Origin: Nannocystaceae bacterium ST9
GTDB lineage: Bacteria > Myxococcota_A > Polyangia > Nannocystales > Nannocystaceae
Reading direction: 5' to 3'
DNA: 64,000 nt
Assembly: GCA_048320885.1 (NCBI GenBank)
Contig: JBLWFJ010000001.1
Coordinates: 1,285,642 to 1,349,641 of the forward strand
The notes under the pieces were generated by a model that saw only the letters and a program-made list of their open reading frames with translations, did no database searches and had not been told where the DNA came from. Of the stretch, positions 26,898 to 36,452 are shown piece by piece. The position numbers and the translations under genes are program-made. The stretch's first letter is position 1. Every line of letters begins with the position of its first letter.

Positions 26898-28453
26898 TGT
26901 CCCTCCTGGATCGCGGGCAACTCTATGTGAAACCGAGCACCACCGTCAACCGACCCCTCGCACGTCACCTTGCCACCGAAGTCGCGTTCGACGACCTCTC
27001 GGACCAAGGCCAAGCCATGGCCGGCTCCATCGGGCCGACCCGAGACTCCGTGGTCGAAGATTCGCTCGCGGAGCGGCTCTGGGACGCCCGGACCGTCGTC
27101 CTCGACCGTCAGATGAATCGCGTCGGGATCCCGAGCATCGACCACGATCGAGATCTGGACATCGGGCCCTCCACTCTGCATCGCGTTGCGCAGAATGTTG
27201 ACGATCGCCAGCACCGCGCGGCCGCGATGCCCGCGGGTCTTGGGGCCCGCTGCGCCCGGCACCGTCTCGACGCGAATGCTGCCCCGAAACTCCGGAGACA
27301 GCGCGCGACGGGCCTCTTCGATCACGTCCAGCACCGCGAATGACGTGATGGCATCGTCGATCGGCGAGCTCATTCGTACGGATGTCTCGACAAAGCGATA
27401 GAGGCGGGTGATGCCGCCCTCGATCTGCTCGCGCGGCATGGCGAGTGATTCTTCCAGATCGGCCTGCGCGACGGCCATCCAGACCTTGTCGAGCGCATGC
27501 CGGATGGGAAGCAGCGCGTTTCGGACTTCGTGCGCGACCAGTCGCATCTGTCGCATCGCCGCGGCCGTCGATTGATTCTCTCGATCGACGTCGCCGACCG
27601 AGAGAATCACTTCGCTGCGGTCATCTTCCATTTGAGCCAACGCCGCGGATCGAAAGGAGGCGAGGACGTCGGAGTTGACGGCGGCGAACAGATCATTGCC
27701 GAGCGCCGTCAACTCGTACCCGATCCGGTGCTCCCCGTATTCTCCCTCATGCAGCACTCCCAATGCGGACCAACGGGCGATCCCGGACCAACCCAACAAC
27801 GTACGCTCTTCGTCATTGTCGATGGTGAACGTGTATCCTGCGCGCTGGAGGATCAGAGATACATACGCCGTACCGACACACCAGGCATCGCCGAGCCCCC
27901 CTCCGCGAACACCCTCCAACGCGATCAACCATCGCACTCGATCGATCCCGCGCAAGCTCAGAAAGGTCTTGCCGGAGAGGCTCACGAGCGGGCCGCCGAG
28001 TCGCACGCCGACCAGCCCGAGGTGCTCGCAATACCGAGAGACGATCTGCCACGGGTATTTGCCCGACGTGGCTTGCACATCTCGTGTTACCCTTCGTGCC
28101 AGCTCTTCCAGTCGTACGCGCCTCGGCCATTCGATCGAGGAGAACGAGGGATCGTCGATATCCACCGCGATGGCGATGGCCGCGTCGATGTGGTCGCGGC
28201 GCGACTGCCACGACAGCCGAGCCGCAAAGCCTGCCAACAACTCCCAGTGCATTTCGTCGACGAAGTGCGAAAGGACGTGTGTTCCCCATTCGCTAAACCT
28301 TGCGGCCGGGGCCGCCTCGCGCTCGAACAGCGACACCAGGGTCGCCTCATGATGCGAAAGGTCTGGCGGCCTGTCCGCCTCCACCGCCTCCGTCGCCTCG
28401 ATGCTCTGCACTCGGCGCAGGTGGTGCTCGATCTGCGCGACGAAGTCGGACAC
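26894..28453 (-). CDS. cytoplasmic sensor histidine kinase with uncharacterised roughly 300 aa N-terminal domain
   Basis: GTG start; H-box VAHEVRNALLPI; HATPase_c GHGLALVREVVERDFGG; no TM segments; stop overlaps the RR ATG (ATGA). Confidence 0.75.
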   Translation of the reverse strand: MSDFVAQIEHHLRRVQSIEATEAVEADRPPDLSHHEATLVSLFEREAAPAARFSEWGTHVLSHFVDEMHWELLAGFAARLSWQSRRDHIDAAIAIAVDIDDPSFSSIEWPRRVRLEELARRVTRDVQATSGKYPWQIVSRYCEHLGLVGVRLGGPLVSLSGKTFLSLRGIDRVRWLIALEGVRGGGLGDAWCVGTAYVSLILQRAGYTFTIDNDEERTLLGWSGIARWSALGVLHEGEYGEHRIGYELTALGNDLFAAVNSDVLASFRSAALAQMEDDRSEVILSVGDVDRENQSTAAAMRQMRLVAHEVRNALLPIRHALDKVWMAVAQADLEESLAMPREQIEGGITRLYRFVETSVRMSSPIDDAITSFAVLDVIEEARRALSPEFRGSIRVETVPGAAGPKTRGHRGRAVLAIVNILRNAMQSGGPDVQISIVVDARDPDAIHLTVEDDGPGVPEPLRERIFDHGVSGRPDGAGHGLALVREVVERDFGGKVTCEGSVDGGARFHIELPAIQEGQ

Positions 28454-28504
28454 TTCGACATCCTACCACGAGCCGCGCTCGCGCCACTACCACCAGCCCG
28501 GCTC

Positions 28505-28616
28505 TCGGTATCGGCCGGATCGGGCCGGGTTGGTCTGCGAGCTGAAGATCGGGCGGATGCGGACGATCAAGGGGCAGGTGTTCGGGACCTACGCGTTTCG
28601 CTTCGAGCAGGAGGGG
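28505..28616 (+). repeat. direct repeat copy B (orphan FabZ-like 3'-end fragment)
   Basis: Encodes ...VCELKIGRMRTIKGQVFGTYAFRFEQEG then diverges; about 95% identical to copy A. Confidence 0.8.
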
Positions 28617-28784
28617 TCGAGGGTCAGGGCGAGGGGTCGGGGAAGTAGAGGCGGCGCGAGGGGTCGTGCTCCGGCCAGCGCAGCACGAGGGTCTGCGGGT
28701 CGGCCCATTTCCGGAGCTTCTCGTATTGATCGGGGAAGGCGTGAATCGGCGTTCGGATCTGCGGATCGCCGGTGACGAAGGCTA

Positions 28785-28850
28785 CGAGTTCGTGAAGGTC
28801 GGCGTCGAGGTCACCCCACCTTCGGCCCAAGCCTCGATGTGATGCGTGCT
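28785..28850 (-). pseudogene. short remnant of an HNH-endonuclease gene
   Basis: Encodes STHHIEAWAEGGVTS (compare HAHHVEAWAEGGETS in 28997..30283) and is followed at once by a stop; about 75% DNA identity over roughly 45 bp. Confidence 0.3.
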
Positions 28851-28996
28851 CGAGGCCTGCGCGACGCTGACCAACGCGTCGGCACGCTCGGCCGGCAGGG
28901 CGCTCGGGTCGAGTGGCTCGGACGGCGAGGCGGATCCGCGCCTGAGCCGACCAGGCGAGCATCCACCCAAGAGGGCCCGAGATGCGCCCTGCGCAA

Positions 28997-30283
28997 TCAT
29001 CCCCACCCGCCCACGTCCGCTCGAAATCCCTCGGCCAGCATCATCCAACCGATCACCTCGTGAAGATCGAGCCGACTCCCGTCCCACGCCACCGGCGGCT
29101 CGCCCGATGGTTCGGACGCGTCGAGCCAAGCCGCGACGGCTTCGGGATCGATGCAATGGTTTGGGGCAGGCGCGAGGGGCAGACCGTGAGCGTTGATGAA
29201 TTCGAGCCTACCCGCCCGAACCTCGACGTGCAGCTTGCCGTCGTGGACCAAACCATGATGGCCGGAACAGAGCAGCACGAGGTTCGAGATCGAAGTCTCG
29301 CCGCCTTCTGCCCACGCTTCGACATGATGGGCGTGTAGGTGCCGCGAGCGCCCGCAGCCCGGCACACGACAGCCGCCGTCACGCAGCGTCAGCGCCCGTC
29401 CGATCGCCGCCGGGATGGTTCGCCGCGAGCGGCCGACGTCGAGGATCTCGCCCGACTCGCCGACGCTCACGTCGACCCGCGAGGCGTCGCAGGCCAGCAT
29501 TCGGGCGACATGCAGCGGGAGCGGCGTGCCATCGCGCAAGAATCCACCGATCCCCTCGGGGCCGTGGGCGAGCTGCTCGGGCGTGGTCATCATGATCAGC
29601 TCGCAACCGGTCCCGCGCGTGGTCGGCTTGCGCTCGAGATAGCCGCGCGCGACGGCGACCAGCGCGTCGGCCTGGTCGGAGCCGAAATCTCCCGCGGGAG
29701 ATTGCGCCAGGTCGATCGCCGCTTGCAGGACGAGCGCCTCCTCGGGTCCGACCTGAGCGACGATTCGCACCATGCCGTCCGGCGTCTCGGTGAAGCGGGC
29801 GAATCGGCGCGGCGGCTCGCCGCCGCCCTGCTCGGGATTCGCGTGCGCTCGGACTCGCCGCAATCCAGCGACGATCTTGTCGAGTTGGCTGGCGGTCGCG
29901 GCCTTGGCCACGTCGATCAGGGTTTGTTGCGTGGCCGGCGTGGCGACGCGGGTGAGCGCGCGAACCTTGGAATAGGTCAGCTCACCGGCCGCGAATGCCT
30001 GATCGATCAAAGCCAGCTCGCCGAGCGCCCGGGCGATACGGACATGCTCGCTGGCCGTCTTGTTGCTGGTGCCCGTCCACCAGGCCAGCCACGCGACCAT
30101 CGAGACGCAGCCCGTGTCCGCCCAGCCATTGTGGGCGTCGAATTCACGGATTCGCCCGAGCCATGCGTGCTTGACCGTGTCGACGCTGCGGGCGAGTTCG
30201 GCGATCTGCTGGGCGAGGTGCTCGATGGATTTCAAACAATCGGCCATCCCATGAATCATATCATTAGAGCGTGCGAATGACAA
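28997..30283 (-). CDS. DUF222 (13E12-type) + HNH endonuclease
   Basis: 428 aa; C-terminal HNH CRVPGCGRSRHLHAHHVEAWAEGGETSISNLVLLCSGHHGLVH; N-terminal DUF222-like region. Confidence 0.8.
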   Translation of the reverse strand: MSFARSNDMIHGMADCLKSIEHLAQQIAELARSVDTVKHAWLGRIREFDAHNGWADTGCVSMVAWLAWWTGTSNKTASEHVRIARALGELALIDQAFAAGELTYSKVRALTRVATPATQQTLIDVAKAATASQLDKIVAGLRRVRAHANPEQGGGEPPRRFARFTETPDGMVRIVAQVGPEEALVLQAAIDLAQSPAGDFGSDQADALVAVARGYLERKPTTRGTGCELIMMTTPEQLAHGPEGIGGFLRDGTPLPLHVARMLACDASRVDVSVGESGEILDVGRSRRTIPAAIGRALTLRDGGCRVPGCGRSRHLHAHHVEAWAEGGETSISNLVLLCSGHHGLVHDGKLHVEVRAGRLEFINAHGLPLAPAPNHCIDPEAVAAWLDASEPSGEPPVAWDGSRLDLHEVIGWMMLAEGFRADVGGWG

Positions 30284-30366
30284 GTCGAGTCCACGATGGG
30301 CGGGTGTGCCCCATCGCGATCACGCGACCGCACGACACGGTAGCGGAATGGATCAATGTAGTGAGA

Positions 30367-30667
30367 TCACCACCAGCCATGGAACGAGCTGACCAGATAC
30401 CACCCGGTCGACGCGACCAGGCTCCCGGCTCGCTCCCACGAGAACTCGCGCGCGAGCGTCAAGAGCCGCGGCGCCCCGCACATCAGCTGAAACGCGACGA
30501 TCCCGATCGGCAGCCCGATCAACGCGACGGCCGGCATCGGGCCCTGCTCGGTGAAGCCGGCGAACCAGCCGAATCGCGACGCAGAACGCGACGAACCCGA
30601 GCGCCGGCCAGATCGCCGCGGTGAGGACGTCGAGTCGCCGGTCGCTGGCCACGGCAGGCTCGCTCAT
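30367..30667 (-). CDS. small membrane protein, apparently frameshifted (-1) around 30575-30590
   Basis: Frame [33 protein letters not shown]...; frame B ...[39 protein letters not shown]...[12 protein letters not shown]; joined they give a coherent 3-TM protein; ATGA overlap with the thrC stop. Confidence 0.3.
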
Positions 30668-32034
30668 GCCTCCGCGGCGTCGAGCAGGCGGTGCAGCTCG
30701 CCGAACGCCTGGTCGGGGTCGCCGCTCATCGCGATCGGCTGATTCGCGAAGGGCGTGTCGAATCCGAGCCGGCGCTCGTGATACGCGGTCTTGAATTCGG
30801 TGAACTTGAGCCCGTGCGCGGTCGAGATCAGCACGACCCGATCGTCGGGCCGGATCTCGCCCGAGCCGGCCAATTGCTCGAGGCAGGCCAGCGCGACGCC
30901 GGTGTGCGGGCACGAGAAGAGCCCGGTTCGGTCGGCGCGGGCCGAGGCGTTGGCGAGCTGCGATTCGCTGGCTTGCAAGACCAGGCCGCGGGTCTCGACC
31001 AGCGCCTTGACGGCCTTGGGCAGGCTGACCGGGTTGCCGATCTGGATCGCCGAGGCGAGCGTGGCCTCGGCGGTGACGGCTTCGAAGTCGCCGATCTCGA
31101 GCTCGCGGCCGGCGGCCTTGGCCCGCATGAACGCGCGATAGAGCGGGTTGGCCCGCTCGGCCTGGCAACATACCAGGCGCGGCATTCGATCGATCATGCC
31201 CATGCGCCGGGCCTCCGCGAACCCCTTGGCGATCGCCGAGACGTTGCCGAGGTTGCCGCCCGGGACGAGGATCCAGTCGGGCACCTCCCAATCGAATTGC
31301 TGGAGGATCTCGAGCGCGATCGTCTTTTGGCCCTCGACCCGCAGCGAATTCATCGAGTTGGCCAGATAGATCCCGCTCGCGCCCGCGCTGGTGTCGGTCA
31401 GCCGCTGCACGACCTTCATGCAGCCGTCGAAGTCGGTGGCCAGGCTGCACACCAGCGCCCCGTTGGCGATCGGCTGGACGAGCTGGGCGGCGGTGACCTT
31501 GGCCGCGGGCAGCAGCACGATCACGGGGATGCCCGCGGCCGCGCCGTAGGCCGCGAGTGCGGCCGAGGTGTCGCCGGTCGAGGCACAGGCGACGGCGCGG
31601 ATCGGCTTGCCCTCGGCGCGCATCTGCTTGACCGTCGAGACCAGCACGGTCATGCCGAGGTCCTTGAACGAGCCGGTGTGGCTGGTCCCGCACTGCTTGA
31701 TCCACAGGTCGCGCAGGCCGAGCTGCTCGCCGTAGCGCTCGGCCCAAAACAAGTTGGTGCCGCCTTCGAAGAGCGACACGACGTTGTCGTCGGCGACCTG
31801 CGGCGAAACCCACTCTTTCTTGCCCCACACGCCGCTGCCGTAGGGCCACTTGTTTCGCAAGAAGCGCTCGTCGAAGAGCCGCATCCACGCGGCGGCCGAG
31901 CGGGCGCGCAGGGCCTGCTCGTCGTGGACGACCTCGAGCAGGCCATTGCAGGTCGGACAGCGGTAGAGCACCTCGGTCAGCGAGTGCCGACCGGGGCAAC
32001 CAGCGACGCACGAGAACCAGGCGCGATACTGCAT
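30664..32034 (-). CDS. thrC: threonine synthase (long form with N-terminal zinc ribbon)
   Basis: 456 aa from [31 protein letters not shown]; PLP-lysine region (SFKDLGMT); the ORF 30664..32241 extended upstream is an artefact. Confidence 0.85.
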   Translation of the reverse strand: MQYRAWFSCVAGCPGRHSLTEVLYRCPTCNGLLEVVHDEQALRARSAAAWMRLFDERFLRNKWPYGSGVWGKKEWVSPQVADDNVVSLFEGGTNLFWAERYGEQLGLRDLWIKQCGTSHTGSFKDLGMTVLVSTVKQMRAEGKPIRAVACASTGDTSAALAAYGAAAGIPVIVLLPAAKVTAAQLVQPIANGALVCSLATDFDGCMKVVQRLTDTSAGASGIYLANSMNSLRVEGQKTIALEILQQFDWEVPDWILVPGGNLGNVSAIAKGFAEARRMGMIDRMPRLVCCQAERANPLYRAFMRAKAAGRELEIGDFEAVTAEATLASAIQIGNPVSLPKAVKALVETRGLVLQASESQLANASARADRTGLFSCPHTGVALACLEQLAGSGEIRPDDRVVLISTAHGLKFTEFKTAYHERRLGFDTPFANQPIAMSGDPDQAFGELHRLLDAAEA

Positions 32035-32057
32035 GATTCGAACTCTCGAAAGGCGAC

Positions 32058-32948
32058 TCAGGTCTGCGACTGCGAGCGCGGAGCGGGGGCGCCGAAGCGA
32101 CGGGGGACCTCGGTCTCGAACAGGTCGAGCTTGGCCTGCTGGTAGGGGAAGGTCTGGCCGTCCAGCTCCCAGCGCAGCGCGAAGCGGGTCGGGATGCTCA
32201 GGCCACCGAACGCCCGATGCTCGCCGAACTCGGCGATCCACAGGGCGGTCTGCGGACGCGACTCGCCGAGCCAGGGCCGCTCGTCGGACTCGAAGCGGAC
32301 GACGTCGCCCTTGTCGTCGAACACGAAGATGCCGTGGACCTCGTGCTCGCCCTCGCGGACCGTCAGCTCGGCCCGATCGTCGTCGAGCGCGGTCCAGCTC
32401 AGGCCGTCGCGCGGCAGCATGGCGCTGGGCACGAACACGAGGTCGACCATCCAGCGCAGCAGCAGGGTCCGTCGGGTCGCGTCGTCGTCACGATCGACGG
32501 CGCCGAGGGTCGAGAAGATCTTCGAGAGCGAGTGGGCGCGACCCGAGACCAGCAGCTCGCGGTTGTCGACCCAGACCAGCGGGAAGGGCCGCAGCCGGGC
32601 GTACCAGAGCAGCGCGGGGGTCGAGGCGACCACGTACTCCTCGGCTTCGAACTCGGTCCAGGGCTGGCCCGGTCGCTCGCGCAGGTTGCCGGACTGGCGC
32701 AGGCGTGCGCAGGAGAGGTGCGGGGTGCCGTCCTCGAGGTTGCGCCGCATGAAGCGTTGGACGGGGACCGGCAGGCCGTCGAGCTCGCGCTCGGCGTGGT
32801 AGGTCGGCAGCGTGTCGAGCTCGGTGAAGAGCGTCGCGACCTCGGCGTCGACTCGCCGCTCGAACGCCGAGCGGTTGAGCAGCACGCCGAAGCCGAGACC
32901 GATCATCAGCGCGGTCAGGGACAGAGAGAAGAGCACGAGCACGGGCAT
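32058..32948 (-). CDS. hypothetical membrane-anchored protein
   Basis: 296 aa with N-terminal TM helix ([24 protein letters not shown]); coding GC3. Confidence 0.5.
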   Translation of the reverse strand: MPVLVLFSLSLTALMIGLGFGVLLNRSAFERRVDAEVATLFTELDTLPTYHAERELDGLPVPVQRFMRRNLEDGTPHLSCARLRQSGNLRERPGQPWTEFEAEEYVVASTPALLWYARLRPFPLVWVDNRELLVSGRAHSLSKIFSTLGAVDRDDDATRRTLLLRWMVDLVFVPSAMLPRDGLSWTALDDDRAELTVREGEHEVHGIFVFDDKGDVVRFESDERPWLGESRPQTALWIAEFGEHRAFGGLSIPTRFALRWELDGQTFPYQQAKLDLFETEVPRRFGAPAPRSQSQT

Positions 32949-32972
32949 GGCGCTCGCTGCATAACACTTCGC

Positions 32973-33755
32973 TCAAGGGATGCGAAACGCCGGGATCCGC
33001 CGACCGTCGATGTCGGTGAAGTCGTAGAGTTCGGCCAGCTCGCCGGCCAGCAGCACCTCGCCCGTGCGCTCGAACACCCGGGGATCGGCGGCGAGTCGGG
33101 CGATGCCGCGGCCGACGTACTCGGGCGACTCGGTGATCGAGAGATCACGGACGCCGCCCGGCCACGACTCGTCGGGCGCCGCGAGCACGGCCTCGGTCCG
33201 CGTGAACCCGGGCGCGACGGCGAGGGCCGCGACGCCGTGCGGACGCAGCTCGAGCGCGAGGTCGTCGATGAAGCGGCGGGTCGCGTGCTTGGCCACGTCG
33301 TAGGTCAGCGCGCCGAGGTGCTTGCCGCGATCCCAGGCGAGCGTCGAGACGATCAGCCCGCGCCCGCGCGGGACCATCACGCGACAGGCGTGCCAGCTGG
33401 TCAGCATGTGGGCCCAGAGCCCGCCGACGAACATCGCCTGCCAGCGCAGCTCGATCGGCTGCTGCCAGAAGGGATCCATGAAGCCGGCATGGTGCTCGTA
33501 GCCGGCCCAGGCGTTGTTGACCAACAAGTCGAGCGGGCCGAGCTCGGCCAGTCGCTCGAAGAGCGCGGCGACCTGCTCGGGCGAGCCGTGATCGCAGCGG
33601 ATCGCGAGCGTGCCGGGCTCGTCGTCCTCGACGTTGCGGCCGGTTCGAACCACGGTCGCGCCGGCGTGGGCGAGCACGCGGGCGATGCCACGGCCGACGC
33701 CGCGGCTGGCCCCGCTGACCAGCGCGAGGCGCTGGCGAAGATCTGGTTGGGTCAT
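32973..33755 (-). CDS. SDR-family oxidoreductase
   Basis: LVSGASRGVGRGIARVLAHAGATV Rossmann motif; YxxxK context. Confidence 0.8.
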   Translation of the reverse strand: MTQPDLRQRLALVSGASRGVGRGIARVLAHAGATVVRTGRNVEDDEPGTLAIRCDHGSPEQVAALFERLAELGPLDLLVNNAWAGYEHHAGFMDPFWQQPIELRWQAMFVGGLWAHMLTSWHACRVMVPRGRGLIVSTLAWDRGKHLGALTYDVAKHATRRFIDDLALELRPHGVAALAVAPGFTRTEAVLAAPDESWPGGVRDLSITESPEYVGRGIARLAADPRVFERTGEVLLAGELAELYDFTDIDGRRIPAFRIP

Positions 33756-33801
33756 GCCGAGAGCATGATCGGGCCGGCGCGCTCGGGATTGGATCGAGCG
33801 G

Positions 33802-34596
33802 TCACTCGGGTCGCTCGTGAACGACCCCGGCGTACCAGTCGGGCGCGAAGAGCCGGGCCGGGGTCCCGCCGGCCAACGCTCGAAACTCGCGGATCAGGTG
33901 GGGCTGATCGCAGTAGCCGAGCTCGAGCGCGGCCTGGGCCCAACGAGTCGGCGCCGCCCGGCCGAGCGCTCGCCAGGCTCGCGCGAACCGGGCGAGCTGC
34001 ACGAAGCGGCGCGAGCTGATCCCGAGCTCGCCGGCGAACTCGCGGCTGAGCTGACGGCGACTGCACCCGAGCGCGGCCGCCAGCGTGGGCAGCTCGATCG
34101 GCGCGTCGATCAAGCGGGCCGCGGCGGCCCTCACTCGGTGAGCGCAGCGATGCTCGCGACCCTCGACGTGCTCGGCCAGCACCGACCACAGCTCGCTCGC
34201 CGGCCGCTCGCGCGCCTGCCATTCGGCGAGTCGACGATCGAGCCCGCGATCGAGCTCGGCCAGCGCGACGATCCGCCCGCGCAGCGCGGCCGGGCGGATC
34301 CCGAGCAGGCACGCGCAGCCGCCCGGCAGACGCAGGCCGATCAGATCGGCCGGGTCCGGCATCGCGTAGGCCAGCGCGCGGTCGAGGCCGCCGACGACCA
34401 TGCGCGCGCCCTGATCGATCGTCGGCTCGGCGAGGAAGCGCCCGGCCGGCCCGCGACAGAACACCAGCTCGGCCGCGTGCACGTCGGGGAAGATCGGCTC
34501 GATCGCTCGCGGGTTGCGACCCCGCAGGGCCCACAGCTCGTGCACCCACGCGCGCAGCGAGGCCGGGGCCGCGATCGTCCGGGCATGGATCGTCAC
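33802..34596 (-). CDS. AraC/XylS-family transcriptional regulator
   Basis: C-terminal dual HTH (LAAALGCSRRQLSREFAGELGISSRRFVQLARFARAWRALG...LGYCDQPHLIREFRALAGGTP); GTG start inferred. Confidence 0.75.
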   Translation of the reverse strand: MTIHARTIAAPASLRAWVHELWALRGRNPRAIEPIFPDVHAAELVFCRGPAGRFLAEPTIDQGARMVVGGLDRALAYAMPDPADLIGLRLPGGCACLLGIRPAALRGRIVALAELDRGLDRRLAEWQARERPASELWSVLAEHVEGREHRCAHRVRAAAARLIDAPIELPTLAAALGCSRRQLSREFAGELGISSRRFVQLARFARAWRALGRAAPTRWAQAALELGYCDQPHLIREFRALAGGTPARLFAPDWYAGVVHERPE

Positions 34597-34641
34597 GCCG
34601 AGCGACGATACCCGCTCGGCCGAGCTGCTACCATCGCGGCC

Positions 34642-35391
34642 ATGCACCGATCCCTGCGTGTCGGCTTCGCCGTGGCGTGGTGGACGACCTTCCTGCTCGT
34701 CTGCATGGTCATGTTCGTCGGCGCGGCGATCTGCTTCGTGCTGACGGTGGCCTTCGATCGCCGGCGGGTGATCCAGCACCTCTACTCGTGCTTCTGGGCC
34801 CAGATCATGTTCTACGTGACGCCGGGCTGGCGCCTGCGCGTCGAGGGCCGCGACAAGCTGCGCTGGCGCGGCCCGGCGGTCTACGTCGCCAACCACGAGT
34901 CGCTCGGCGACATCCTGGTCTTGTTCGGGCTCTATCGGCCCTTCAAGTGGGTGTCGAAGCGCGAGGTGTTTCGCTGGCCCTTCCTGGGCTGGAACATGCG
35001 GCTCAACGGCTACGTCCCGCTGGTCCGCGGCGACAAGCAGAGCATCGCTACGATGATGGAGCACTGCCGATGGTGGCTCGATCGCGGCGCGCCGATCATG
35101 ATGTTTCCCGAGGGCACGCGCTCGCCCGACAGCGAGGTCAAGCCCTTCAAGGACGGGGCGTTTCGCTTGGCCTGCGAGACGGGCTGCCCAGTCGTGCCGA
35201 TCGTGCTGACCGGGACCGCCGACACGCTGCCCAAGCACGGTTATCTGGTCAGCCCGAGCGCGAACTGTCGGGTTCGCGTGCTCGATGCCGTCGATCCGGC
35301 CGCGTTCGGAGCCGACGTCGCGGCGCTGCGCGACCACGTGCGCGCGCTGATCATCGCCGAGAAGCAGGCGATGCTGGCCGAGCGGCCATGA
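34642..35391 (+). CDS. plsC: 1-acyl-sn-glycerol-3-phosphate acyltransferase
   Basis: HxxxxD acyltransferase motif (NHESLGD) and FPEGTRS. Confidence 0.8.
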   Translation: MHRSLRVGFAVAWWTTFLLVCMVMFVGAAICFVLTVAFDRRRVIQHLYSCFWAQIMFYVTPGWRLRVEGRDKLRWRGPAVYVANHESLGDILVLFGLYRPFKWVSKREVFRWPFLGWNMRLNGYVPLVRGDKQSIATMMEHCRWWLDRGAPIMMFPEGTRSPDSEVKPFKDGAFRLACETGCPVVPIVLTGTADTLPKHGYLVSPSANCRVRVLDAVDPAAFGADVAALRDHVRALIIAEKQAMLAERP

Positions 35392-35449
35392 TGGGATGGG
35401 ATGGCCTGGGATGGCCTGGGATGGTCCGTGATAGCCTGGCCGCGAATCG

Positions 35450-36436
35450 ATGCACGCCGGACGCCACTACTCCCTCCGTGAAGTCGCGCTGTGGACCCGA
35501 CGCGAGACGCTGATCTTCCTGGTCATCGCGACCGTCCCGACCCTGCTCTACGTGCTGGCCGGTTGGACCTGGCTGACCGTACCCTGGCTGCCGATCGCCC
35601 TGGTCGGCACCGCGGTCGCGTTCATCACCGGGTTCAAGAACAACGCCTCGTACTCGCGGATGTGGGAGGCCCGGCAGATCTGGGGGGCGACCGTCAACAG
35701 CAGCCGGACCTGGGGCATCGAGGTGCTCGACTACGTGAAGGCCGGGCCGGCGGTCCACGCCCGATTGATCCATCGCCACCTCGCGTGGTTGACCGCGCTG
35801 CGCTACCAGCTGCGCGAGCCCAGGAAGTGGGAGAACCTCGGCCAGGCCCACAACGTCGAGTATCGCCGCCACTATCACGTCGCCGAGCAGGAGAGCGCGC
35901 TGACCGACGAGCTCGCCGCGCTGATCTCGGCCGAGGATCTCGCCCACGTGCTGGCCAAGAAGAATCGCGCGACTCACTTGATCGCGCTGCAATCCGCCGA
36001 GCTCCGCCGGCTGCACGCGGACGGGGCGATCGATGATTTCCGCCACATCGAGATGGTCAAGCTGCTCGCGGAATTCTACGATCAGCAGGGCAAGTCCGAG
36101 CGAATCAAGAATTTCCCCTACCCGCGGCAATTCGCGACCTTGAACCTGTTCTTCGTCTGGCTGTTCGTGACGCTGGTGCCCTTCGGGCTCTTGCAGGAAT
36201 TCGCCGAGCTCGGCGATCACTTCGCCTGGCTGACGATCCCGGCCAGCGTGATCGTGGCCTGGGTGTTTCACACGATGGACAAGATCGGCGAGAGCTCGGA
36301 GAACCCGTTCGAGGGCGGGCCCAACGACGTGCCGATCACCGCGCTGTGCCGGACGATCGAGATCGATCTGCGCGAGCTGCTCGGCGAGCGCGACGTCCCG
36401 CCGGCCCTGCAGGCGGTCAACGACATCTTGATGTGA
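35450..36436 (+). CDS. bestrophin-like (UPF0187/YneE family) membrane channel protein
   Basis: FITGFKNNASYSRMWEARQIWG family signature; four hydrophobic segments. Confidence 0.75.
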   Translation: MHAGRHYSLREVALWTRRETLIFLVIATVPTLLYVLAGWTWLTVPWLPIALVGTAVAFITGFKNNASYSRMWEARQIWGATVNSSRTWGIEVLDYVKAGPAVHARLIHRHLAWLTALRYQLREPRKWENLGQAHNVEYRRHYHVAEQESALTDELAALISAEDLAHVLAKKNRATHLIALQSAELRRLHADGAIDDFRHIEMVKLLAEFYDQQGKSERIKNFPYPRQFATLNLFFVWLFVTLVPFGLLQEFAELGDHFAWLTIPASVIVAWVFHTMDKIGESSENPFEGGPNDVPITALCRTIEIDLRELLGERDVPPALQAVNDILM

Positions 36437-36452
36437 TTCGCGATCGCGGCAA

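Noticed and set aside
25308-26930. 540 aa plus-strand ORF
   Set aside because: Composite: its first roughly 150 codons are the FabZ-like N-part; the remainder is antisense to the REC-Mrr regulator gene and low complexity.
30353-32011. 552 aa minus-strand ORF overlapping thrC in another frame
   Set aside because: ThrC homology (zinc ribbon, PLP site) is in the 30664..32034 frame; only the last roughly 100 codons (30353..30667) may be real, as the small membrane protein.
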